Assembly: GCF_006345805.1 (NCBI RefSeq)
Contig: NW_021824539.1
Span: forward strand, 1-18,717
Direction: 5' to 3'
Source: Octopus sinensis
Taxonomy: Eukaryota
DNA length: 18,717 bases
A program made the position numbers and the translations under genes. Below, piece after piece: positions 8,708 through 18,717 of this stretch (position 1 is the stretch's first letter; each line of letters begins with the position of its first letter). The notes under the pieces were generated by a model. The model was not told where the DNA came from, ran no database searches, and was given only the letters and a program-made list of their open reading frames with translations.

Positions 8708-9040
8708 ATCTCAGTAACTACAAATAAACAAAAAGTAAACAGAAAAATAAAAAACACACTTCATGTTTATACTTGCACCTATATAATATCACTTATGATC
8801 GAGTATATATAATACGACGTGGGGTGCAAAAACAATAACGACTACAATATCACTGAGAAGAACAATATCAACTGCATCAAATATAACAACAACAGCAACA
8901 ATAACAACAACGACTACAACAACAATAACAGCAACAATAATGATAATGATAATAAATATATATATTTAAGCTGAACACGGGAAAATTAGTTTGCTAATTT
9001 ATATCAATTTCTTATCTTAAAAATGAAGGTTACCGATTGG

Positions 9041-9076
9041 AAAACGGATATTAAAACTTGTTTTAATATCCGTTTT
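9041..9076. repeat. Perfect 17-bp inverted repeat with 2-nt spacer
   Basis: AAAACGGATATTAAAAC-TT-GTTTTAATATCCGTTTT. Confidence 0.95.
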
Positions 9077-9153
9077 GATTTCGAACTACGCACCTGTGTG
9101 TTTACGATTCATATCTCGTTTACTAGTTAACTATTCATAACTGCATGCAATAC

Positions 9154-9454
9154 TCACACACACACACACATAGACATACACATAGACACACACACACATG
9201 CACACACACACACACATAGACACACACACACATGCACACACATAGACACACACACATGCACACACACACACATAGACACACACACACATGCACACACACA
9301 CACACATAGACACACACACATGGACACACACATGCACACACACACACACATGGACACACACACACATGCACACACACACACATGGACACACACACACATG
9401 CACACACACATAGACACACACATACACACACACACATAGACACACACACACACA

Positions 9455-9487
<33 letters not shown>

Positions 9488-9497
9488 GCACACATAT
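9154..9497. repeat. Compound (CA)n tract with recurring CATAGA, CATGCA and CATGGA interruptions (higher-order units)
   Basis: Direct reading. Confidence 0.95.
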
Positions 9498-10048
9498 ATG
9501 TGAGCATGGATGCGTATGTTTGAATGCGTGTATGTTTGTATATTGATGTATTCGTATATTTATAAAGGTTTTGTAAAAGATAAGCACTTTTAAAAAGTTT
9601 TATTCGAACGTAAACCCGTCATTGTAACTAAGTTGCATATGTGTGTGCGTGTGCGTATGTGTGTGTGCGTTGTGTGTGTTTGCGTGCGCGCAGATGTGTG
9701 TATGTATAAATGTATGTACACATAAATTTACACGCATACACAGACAGACACACAAATATGTATGTATATATTTGTGTGCGTAAATACGAATATATGTATG
9801 TATATACACATACATGCATACACACACATATATAGAGCAAGTGAGAGTGAGAGAGAGAGATAGGGGGGCATATGCAATGCATGCAAAATCTATTATCTCA
9901 ACAACGTCAAGACTGAATCTAATTATGATCTATTTATCTTCGGTTGCCTCAGTCATTCCATTCGTTCGTTAGTTTACTACATCGATCATTCCTAAATTTT
10001 CATTGGTGGAAATATATTTTCTATGAAATCGTTTATATTTCTTTAAAA

Positions 10049-10439
10049 GTGGAGGCGCAATGGCCCAGTGGTTAGGGCAGCGGACTCGCGGTCGTAGGAT
10101 CGCGGTTGCGATTCCCAGACCGACCGGGCGTTGTGAGTGTTTATTGAGCGAAAACACCTAAAAAGCTCCACGAGGCTCCGGCTGGGGATGGTGGTGATCC
10201 CTGCTGTACTCTTTCACCACAACTTTCTCTCACTCTTACTTCCTGTTTCTGTTGTACCTGTATTTCAAGGGGTCGGCCTTGTCACTCTCTGTGTCACGCT
10301 GAATATCCCCGAGAACTACGTTAAGGGTACACGTGTCTGTGGAGTGCTCAGCCACTTACACGTTAATTTCACGAGCAGGCTGTTCCGTTGATTCGGATCA
10401 ACCGGAACCCTCGTCGTCGTAACCGACGGAGTGCTTCCT
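10049..10439 (+). mobile_element. Full-length tRNA-derived SINE with 13-bp TSD
   Basis: A-box TGGCCCAGTGGTTAG at 10061. B-box-like GGTTGCGATTCCC near 10105. TATTTCTTTAAAA at 10036-10048 and 10440-10452. Confidence 0.9.
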
Positions 10440-10541
10440 TATTTCTTTAAAAACATTTTGGGCTAAAAAAACATGTTGATGGTCCAAAGTTTTCTTTTCA
10501 GTCAAATCGTTTTCAAAAGAAGCAAGTAACATAATGTTTAA

Positions 10542-10766
10542 CTCTTTCTGAACTTTCAGGTTATTCCATCAAATGTGATGCTTATTTATTTACGTTGTTT
10601 TGAATTAAATATACATTAATTTGTAGCTTCAATATTTTGATGATGTGGCTGTTTATTTAAAAATGACATAGTTGGGTAGGTGTGAGAGGTCAGCTCGAGG
10701 AGCTAGTTTCAACATTTCACAAGTAGAATATTTGGGCCTGGTATGGCCGGTTTAAATGTTAAAGGC
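10542..10766. mobile_element. Degenerate piggyBac-type MITE with TTAA target duplications
   Basis: TTAA at 10538-10541 and 10767-10770. Ends CTCTTT... and ...AAAGGC are decayed CCCTTT/AAAGGG. The interior resembles an octopus MITE I recall (unverified). Confidence 0.6.
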
Positions 10767-11195
10767 TTAAAATATGGCTGGTGCTATGTGTGTGAACGTG
10801 TGTGTATGTGTGTGTAGCGAGGGTGTAATAATTGACTGGGATCTCTTCAGTTTCGCTTACAGATTTTTGAATTATTTTTTTTTAACTCAACAGTTTGAAA
10901 CTTCGTATACTGGTGTAATTTCTCACGTTGAACAAGGTTTTACTTACAAAATTTTTGACAAAATTTCGTATTTTAGAAGTTATTTCGTGTTAAAGTTGTC
11001 GTATTTGGGTAATTTTATGCGGACACAAGCGATGTTGAGGAGGAATAGTGAAAAGAGGTTGAAAAACCTGAGTGTTATTGAAAGTTCCGAGTTTGGAAAG
11101 AATGGTAAGAGGCTTAGTGCCTCATTTTGTTATTTTGAATTTTTTTTATTGAATATTGTGAACAGTGTAGAGGTTTGTTGCATCATGAACAATAT

Positions 11196-11360
11196 GGAGT
11201 GGCTGTGTGGTAAGTAGCTTGCTAACCAACCACATGGTTCCGGGTTCAGTCCCACTGCGTGGCATCTTGGGCAAGTGTCTTCTGTTATAGCCCCGGGCCG
11301 ACCAATGCCTTGTGAGTGGATTTGGTAGACGTAAACTGAAAGAAGCCTGTCGTATATATG

Positions 11361-11395
<35 letters not shown>

Positions 11396-11605
11396 TTGTC
11401 CCCCTAGCATTGCTTGACAACCGATGCTGGTGTGTTTACGTCCCCGTAACTTAGCGGTTCGGCAAAAGAGACCGATAGAATAAGTACTGGGCTTATAAAA
11501 AATAAGTCCCGGGGTCGATTTGCTCGACTAAAGGCGGTGCTCCAGCATGGCCGCAGTCAAATGACTGAAACAAGTAAAAGGGTAAAAGAGAAAAGAGTAA
11601 AGAGT
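11196..11605 (+). mobile_element. tRNA-derived SINE with internal (TA)n(TG)n microsatellite and (A)nGAGT-like tail
   Basis: A-box TGGCTGTGTGGTAAG, B-box GGGTTCAGTCCC, CORE-like TTGGGCAAGTG, internal microsatellite about 11353-11397. Related copies at 3631, 11838 and 17684. Confidence 0.9.
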
Positions 11606-11837
11606 ATACAGGCTTAGCGCCTCAATTGATGTTAATGTTAGATGTTCATTACCTCATTTGTGCTGGGGGGGGGTTATTTAAAAAAAAGAAAGAGAAAGAA
11701 AATAGAAATAGAAAAAAGAACAGTGTTATAGCGGGGCTTTGATCGGCGGGCGTCGATTTGCCTCTCTCAATTAATATCATTACATCGGTCATCATTTCAT
11801 CTCATTTGTGGAAAATCTGATGAATGAAATAAAGAAG

Positions 11838-12224
11838 CTCCCCTCACAAGCACATGTTCCTAGGGTCAGTCCCCCTGCGTGGCGCCTTGGTGAAGGCCGA
11901 CCAGAACTTTTCGAGTAGTGAATTTGGTAGACGGAAAGTGAAAGAAGCCTATCATTTAGGTATATATAGATGTGTGTGTGTATGTGTGTGTGTGTGTGTG
12001 TGGTGTGTGTGTGTGTGGTGTGTGTGTGTGTGTGTCTCCTTTCACCGCTTGACGACAACCGTTGTTGCTTTGTTTTTCATCCACGTAAGTCGGTGATTCA
12101 GCAAGATAGAATTCTATAAGTACAAAGCTTTAAAAAAGTACTGAGGTCAATTCGTTCGACTAAAACGCTTCAAGGCGGAGCCCCCTAGCATGGCCGCAGT
12201 CTAATGACTGAAGCGAGTAAAAGA
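11838..12224 (+). mobile_element. Older, degenerate copy of the 11196 SINE family
   Basis: GTCAGTCCCCCTGCGTGGCGCCTTGG, TTTGGTAGACGGAAAGTGAAAGAAGCC, internal (TG)n and AGCATGGCCGCAGTCTAATGACTGAA are collinear with 11240-11580. Confidence 0.85.
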
Positions 12225-12603
12225 TATGCGTGTGCGTGGCTCTATGTGCCTCTGTGTGATGTAGATATCAAACACATACGCACACACACACAAGCACACA
12301 CACGCACGCACAACTGGCTGTCGTGTGCCTTATTCCTTTGTTATACCCAGTCTCCGAATTTCAACAGATGGTTGGCGGATCAGAAGACGCCTGAGACTTA
12401 AGTGACAAGCAGTAAAGTGGCGAAGGGTGGGAGAGACGAAGTTATCAAATGTATAATAGATGGCGCCAGCCGTCTTAGCTGCTCGATTGCCTACTGGACC
12501 CGGGGAAAGTAAGGTGGTGCCTAGGTACGTACGGGCGATAGGAGTGCATCCATACGGTTATATAGGTGAAGTGTTGTAATACTGGCAACAGTTCGTTGGT
12601 AAA

Positions 12604-12705
12604 CCAGTTACGCATTGGGGTCGATGTAATCGACTTAATACCTATGTTTGTCCTTGTTTGTCCCCTCTATGTTTAGCCCCCTGTGGGTAATAAAGAAATA
12701 GGTAA
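12604..12705 (+). mobile_element. 3' fragment of the array-family SINE (ATACCTATG variant)
   Basis: CCAGTTACGCATTGGGGTCGATGTAATCGACTTAATACCTATG...GGTAATAAAGAAATAGGTA is near-identical to 14908-15007. Confidence 0.9.
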
Positions 12706-12764
12706 CTCTGTAGTCATATGGGATTAGTGTCGGGCTTGGTGGGTTTTTTTTTTTTTTTTTTTGC

Positions 12765-12889
12765 CGGCAGAATCGTTAGCACGCCTGGCAAAATGCTTTG
12801 CGGCATTTCGTCCGTCTTTACGTTTTGAGTTCAAATTCCGTTCAAAGGCCAACTTTGCTTTTGCTCCTTTTTGGGTTCGATAAAATAAG

Positions 12890-12902
<13 letters not shown>
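12765..12902 (+). mobile_element. 5' part of a diverged array-family SINE
   Basis: GGCAGAATCGTTAGCACGCCTGGCAAAATGC...GAGTTCAAATTCCG...GATAAAATAAGTAC aligns with 14523-14647. Confidence 0.85.
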
Positions 12903-13363
<461 letters not shown>

Positions 13364-13381
13364 GTAGTAGTAGTAGTAGTA

Positions 13382-13412
<31 letters not shown>

Positions 13413-14480
13413 GGTAGTAGTAGTAGGGGTGGTGGTGGTGGTGGTGGTGGTGGTGGTAGTATTAGTAGTAGTAGCGGTGGTGATGGTGGTGGTGGTGGTA
13501 GCATTAGTAGTAGTAGTAGTAGGTGTTTTAGATGTAAATTAAGTGACAGAGAGAGCCCTGCCCCCTCCCACCATAACTAGGTTTTTCACTTGCCCCGCGG
13601 TTGTCAGGCACGTGTCGAAAGTGACCTACCCGAACACCCTAACGCCAAGCCCTCCTTATACCCCACCCCATCATCTATCACGAAACTGTGTCCTTGAATG
13701 TACGGGTGTGGTGTGGTGTGGTGTGGTGGGTAGCAAATCATCCCTCGGAAGCGAACGAAGTGTGGTGGCGGGAGAGGGGGAGGGGAGTTGTTTGGGGTAA
13801 TTATTTCCCTTGATAGGAAGGGAGTTATTGACACACTTTATAGGTGACAGGAGCCAACTGTTGGTAAAAGTGGGATGTTGGAGGGGAGAGGGAGAGGTGA
13901 AAGGGGACATAGTAGTTAGTGGTGGTAGTAGTAGTGGTGGTGGAAAGGGTGGTGATAGTAATAGTAGTATTGGAGGAGTAGTGGAGGTGGTGGTGGTGGT
14001 GGTGGTGGTGGTGGTGGTAGTAGTAGAAAAGTGAGCAGTTATAAAGAGTGTTTGTAGGTAAACAGTGTCACCAAGTATTGTTGCTGCTACTGCTGCTACT
14101 GCTGCTTGTCCTAAATTGATCGAACAGACACGAGTTAAGAAAAACTATACTCTCCATGACCATCCCTTCTGATTCTCACACTAATCACCGACCACACAAC
14201 TGATGTTATAATCGGGAGGTGGGAGAGGCTTTTTAATCTGAGAGTGATTTAGCTGTTGTTTCTAATATGTCTACTAAACATATATATAGCAGGCCCGGCG
14301 GGCCGCATGTGACGTGGCTAATCATCAGTCAGGCTCAGGCCGCATCACTAAAATAATTCTTGGTAATTTTCGTTAGGCATGATGCATTCAGTAAGTTCTA
14401 CGGCTTAGAATTTGCCCATGACCTTCCCTTATTGATGGATGGTGTTGGCTGGTGGTACTTGCAATGGTAATTTTGGTGAT

Positions 14481-15439
14481 GGTATTAATACTGGCGATGG
14501 TATTAATTAAGGGCGGTGAGCTGGCAGAAACGTTAGCACGCCGGGCGAAATGCTTAGCGGTATTTCGTCTGCCGTTATGTTCTGAGTTCAAATTCCGCCG
14601 AGGTCGACTTTGCCTTTCATCCTTTCGGGGTTGATAAATTAAGTACCGGTTACGCACTGGAGTCGATGTAATCGACTTAATCCGTTTGTCTGTCCTTGTT
14701 TGTCCCCTCTGTGTTTAGCCCCTTGTGGGTAATAAAGAAATAGGTATTAATACTGGTGATGGTATTAATTAAGGGCGGCAAGCTGGCAGAAACGTTAGTA
14801 CGCCGGGCGAAATGCTTAGCAGTATTTCGTCTGCCGCTACGTTCTGAGTTCAAATTCCGCCGAGGTCGACTTTGCCTTTCATCCTTTCAGGGTCGATAAA
14901 TTAAGTACCAGTTACGCACTGGGGTCGATGTAATCGACTTAATACCTATGTCTGTCCTTGTTTGTCCCCTCTGTGTTTAGCCCCTTGTGGGTAATAAAGA
15001 AATAGGTATTAATACTGGTGATGGTATTAATTAAGGGCGCCAAGCTGGCAGAAATGTTAGCACGCCGGGCAGAATTTCGTCTGCCGTAACGTTCTGAGTT
15101 CAAATTCCGCAGAGGTGACTTTACCTTTCATCCTTTCGGGGTCGATAAATTAAGTACCAGTTACGCACTGGGGTCGATGTAATCGACTTAATCCGTTTGT
15201 CTGTACTTGTTTGTCCCCTCTGTGTTTAGCCCCTTGTGGGTAGTAAAGAAATAGGTATTTCGTCTGCCGTTACGTTCTGAGTTCAAATTCTGCCGAGATC
15301 GACTTTGCCTTTCATCCTTTCAGGGTCGATGAATTAAGTACCAGTTACGCACTGGAGTCGATGTAATCGACTTAATCCATTTGTCTGTCCTTGTTTGTCC
15401 CCTCTGTGGGTAGTAAAGAACTAGGTATTAATACTGGCG
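14481..15439 (+). mobile_element. Tandem array of four tRNA-derived SINE units (starts 14481, 14743, 15005, 15254)
   Basis: Units 1 and 2 are 262 bp. Each full unit has A-box TGGCAGAAACGTTAG and B-box GAGTTCAAATTCC. Unit 3 has an internal deletion and unit 4 is 5'-truncated. Confidence 0.95.
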
Positions 15440-15747
15440 GTGATGGAGGCGGTTGTGCCGGTGTTTCTCGTTGATGTCTGTGATGAGATGGGTGTTGTGC
15501 TCTTGGTATTAGCGTTGATGGTTTTGGTGCCGATGCTGGTCGTAATAATCTTATGATTGCTATGGCTGAGCAGATCGTTTCGCTGATTTTTAAAATTTGT
15601 ATTTTATTTTTCATTTATCTGTTCAAGTATCCTTGTTGCTGTACAATTGAGACTGCGCCGTCTTAAGGCACCGGCGACTTCGGTTTGAATTCGATCTCGT
15701 TGCCTTGAGGCTATAATTTCAGACTTCGAGGTTTCAATCAACGTTGT

Positions 15748-16286
15748 CATCATCATCACCATCATTATCACCATCGTCATAATTTGCTATAGCAGCAGCA
15801 GCAGCAGCAGCAGCAGTAACAGTATTTTCATCATCATCATCATCATCATCCTCGTCATTTTCGTCATCCTCATCAACGCCATCACATAACAACCACCGCA
15901 ATCACCAACGCCATCACTGCCGCAATCATCATTGCTTATCAATCACCATAGTCGTCATCATCCTCATCATTATTACCATCACTACCACCACCTCCACCAC
16001 CACCACCACCACCACCTCCATCACTACTACCACCACCACCACCACTATCATCATCATCACCAACATCATCATCATCATCATCATCACCCTCCTCCTCCTC
16101 CTCATCATCATCATCATCATCACCATCACCATCACCACCATCATCATCATCACCACACATCATCATCATCATCATCATCATCACCACCACCATCATCACC
16201 ATCATCATCACCATCATCACCATCACCATGATGATGATGATGATGATGATCATCATCATCATCAACAGCATCATCATCATCATCAT
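15748..16286. repeat. Compound trinucleotide field (CAT)/(CAG)/(CAC)/(CCT)n
   Basis: Direct reading; source of the His-, Met- and Asp-rich spurious ORFs. Confidence 0.95.
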
Positions 16287-16365
16287 ATTGATGAGGAATG
16301 CAAGAATTGATACAAAGTAGTGTCTCAGCGGTATTTGAGATGGGGGGGTGAAATTTGTGAAGAAG

Positions 16366-16421
16366 GTGTGTGTGTGTATGTATGTCTGTATGTGTTTATC
16401 CCTCTGCGTGTGTGCTTGTGT

Positions 16422-16464
<43 letters not shown>

Positions 16465-16488
16465 CTTGTGTGTGTGTGTGTGTGTGTT
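16366..16488. repeat. (TG)n microsatellite, imperfect
   Basis: Direct reading. Confidence 0.9.
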
Positions 16489-16837
16489 TGCAGCGAAGGA
16501 TTAAAAGTATGCATAGGGGTTCAAGGGTTGACGAAGTACAGTTTTCTTTTTTTGTCTGTCACTTTACCGATTGCTTTTCAGGTGACTTCACTTGCTTAAA
16601 ACACCTTTCTTCCATCCCACGTCAGTGCGGCTTATCTACGGTGTGAGGCAGAAAAAGAGATAGAAAGAAAGAGAGAGAGAGAGAGAGAGAAAGGAAGAGA
16701 GTGTGAGAGCGAGCGCGCACGGGCGTGTGTGTGTGTGTGTGTGTTGTGTGCGTGTAGTGTATATGCGTGAGTTTTTGTGCGTGTGTTCGTGTCAGTGTGT
16801 CTGTCTGAGTTATCTTACAACTTTGACAAATATGCGA

Positions 16838-16858
16838 TGACGTCACGTTACACGTCAT
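16838..16858. promoter_or_regulatory. Perfect CRE palindrome TGACGTCA plus adjacent TGACGT half-site
   Basis: TGACGTCA at 16838-16845 and ACGTCA at 16852-16857. Motif match only; function untested. Confidence 0.3.
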
Positions 16859-16896
16859 TAACTTCTTTCAAATAGTAAATAAATAATAAATGATGT

Positions 16897-17045
16897 ATGG
16901 TGGTGGCGGTGGTGGTGGTGGTGTGGTGGTGGTGGTGGTGGTGGTTTGATGCTACCGATGCTGCTACCTGCTACCTGCTGCTGCGGCGGCGGCTGCGGCT
17001 TTGGCGGCAATGACGGTGGCAGTGGTAGTGGTGGTGGTAATGGTA
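16897..17045. repeat. (GGT)/(GCT)/(GGC)n trinucleotide tract
   Basis: Direct reading. Confidence 0.85.
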
Positions 17046-17170
17046 GTGAGAGCTTTAGTGTTACTAATGATGCTTGCGGTGTTTGTGTATGAATGTAGAG
17101 AGGGTGTCGATTCCGAGTGAAGGAGTCAGTGTTTCTACCGGAACTCTAGTTTTCCTTGAGGAAGTTAGCA

Positions 17171-17383
<213 letters not shown>

Positions 17384-17404
17384 AGATACTGAACTAATAG
17401 CGTT

Positions 17405-17505
17405 GTTAGAGGTCAGATGCATTACCTTGCGGCATTTTGCGTTCTGCGTTCAAATCTGACTGAGGTCAACTTTGTCTTTCATTCTTTCGGGGGCCAATAA
17501 ATTTA
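17405..17505 (+). mobile_element. Degenerate array-family SINE fragment
   Basis: GCGTTCTGCGTTCAAATCTGACTGAGGTCAACTTTGTCTTTCATTCTTTCGGGG aligns with 14575-14630. Confidence 0.7.
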
Positions 17506-17683
17506 AAGGAATGAAATTATATCTCCAGTGAGAAGGGATGCCATTAGCATTAATAATAATTCTTTCCAAAGGAGAAAAGGTAAAAAAACTCTTTTGAAAT
17601 TGCTGAATAAATAGACGTTTCCAAAGAAATAAACTTTAGTATATGTATTGAGTACACTTTCTTCCATTTTATATATTCAAAGC

Positions 17684-17940
17684 TCTGTGTGTGTGTGTGT
17701 GTCTGTGTGTGTCTGTGTGTGTGTGTGTGTATGTGTGTGTGTGTGTGTGTGTATCTCCACTGTTTAATAACCACCGTTCGTTTGTTTACGTTCCAGCAAC
17801 TTAGTCCGGCAAAAAGGACTGACAGAATAAGTAACAAGCATAAAAAAAGAAAATAAATTACAACAGTCGGTTCATTCGGCTAACCCCCACCCCAAGGCGG
17901 TGCACCAGTATGGCCGCAGTCCAATGAGTACTAAAAGATA
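17684..17940 (+). mobile_element. Degenerate 3' half of the 11196 SINE family, starting at its internal (TG)n
   Basis: TTTGTTTACGTT...AACTTAG..CCGGCAAAA...AGAATAAGTA...AAGGCGGTGCACCAGTATGGCCGCAGTC is collinear with 11430-11560. Confidence 0.8.
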
Positions 17941-18717
17941 GCAAAAACTTGGGATAGTCAATGTTTGAACACCTTTGGTCACAAGTGTGGTCGGTGTGGG
18001 CTGACCAGGGGTTAAACAACAGTCACTATGGCTAAACCTTATCATACACTATGGATGGTTATTCAATCGATTATATCATAATTTCTTTGAAAGAGAAATT
18101 TTTGTTTTTTTTTGTTCTTTTTTGTTTTGTTTTGTCTTTTTTTTACCTGCTTCGACAAATGAAATCATTTTCTTATAAATCTTCTAGAAAACTTCTTCCT
18201 TCCGATTGCCCTCATGTGAAAACCCTCACCATTCCATATTTTTACAATTTTTCCCATTCTCCTTGCCTGCAGCAAGCAAGCGAGAAACCGACAAAGTCCT
18301 GTTTCTCTCCCTCTTTATTTCCACCTCTTCAGGGAGCTTTAACATTAAGCAATAGTTTGGCGTCTCTATATTTATAAAGTCCTCCATGATTCTAACAGCA
18401 ATTCATTGAACAAGATTACAGCAAATCATCACAGTCGCCTTTCAATATTAATTTTTTCATTTTTTTTTGTGTAGTACCTTAACGCATCCATTTTTTTTAT
18501 ATAAATATTTTTTTTTAATATATTTTGTTCTTATATCCTTCGCTTTTTTCTTTTATTGTTTATTTATATGCATTTATCGTTCCTCTTTATTTTATTTTAG
18601 TCTGTTTTTTGTTTTTTTGTTTTAGTTTTACATCCCCCAATATCACCACCGCGATTCTTTTTACTTGCAATCAATACAAAATCACGCTTGTGGAATCCGA
18701 CCGAACATCATCACCTC

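Noticed and set aside
10049-10125. tRNA-like sequences here and at 11196 and 14512
   Set aside because: A and B boxes are present but no complete cloverleaf; they continue into SINE bodies, so they are SINE heads, not tRNA genes.
10774-11217. 147-aa ORF
   Set aside because: Begins in a (TG)n tract, runs through probable old repeat sequence into a SINE head, and has no recognisable motif.
11817-11830. CTGATGA...GAAA on the plus strand
   Set aside because: No room for stem II and no stem I or III pairing.
12461-12473. TGGCGCCAGCCG resembling an LTR primer-binding site
   Set aside because: No LTR-ending CA just upstream, no exact match to a tRNA 3' end that I can name, and no gag or pol downstream.
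14290-14320. GCAGGCCCGGCGGGCCGCATGTG, reminiscent of hAT-MITE subterminal sequence
   Set aside because: Too short, with no second terminus or TSD visible.
15932-16231. His-rich 99-aa ORF suggesting a metal-binding or structural protein
   Set aside because: Entirely (CAT/CAC)n, starts at TTG, has no splice or complexity support, and the tract flips strand at 16228.
18300-18340. Strong polypyrimidine tract plus CAG (possible plus-strand acceptor)
   Set aside because: No downstream donor or informative reading frame; such tracts are common in this sequence.

Overview
AT-rich eukaryotic DNA dominated by repeats, with no recognisable intact protein-coding gene. The SINE and MITE families look like those I recall from octopus (coleoid cephalopod) genomes; that attribution is from memory, not a database search. 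The window opens with a decayed Penelope-like retroelement (PLE) linker plus GIY-YIG endonuclease. Two minimal hammerhead-ribozyme motifs of the PLE-associated, dimer-forming type lie on the minus strand (2057-2091, core intact; 6244-6279, A6U variant). Other mobile DNA: a mariner transposase relic, a 5'-truncated RTE LINE end with an 11-bp TSD, a TTAA-flanked piggyBac-type MITE, and at least three tRNA-derived SINE families, one copy full-length with a 13-bp TSD and one family forming a 4-unit tandem array. Local rearrangements include 720-bp and 343-bp tandem duplications and a 100-bp inverted repeat with nested palindromes. Microsatellites are abundant. Candidate exons (minus strand 16568-16635 and 5400-5454; plus strand 2755-2913 and 3097-3127) are weakly supported. 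Nearly all ORFs in the supplied track are translations of microsatellites.
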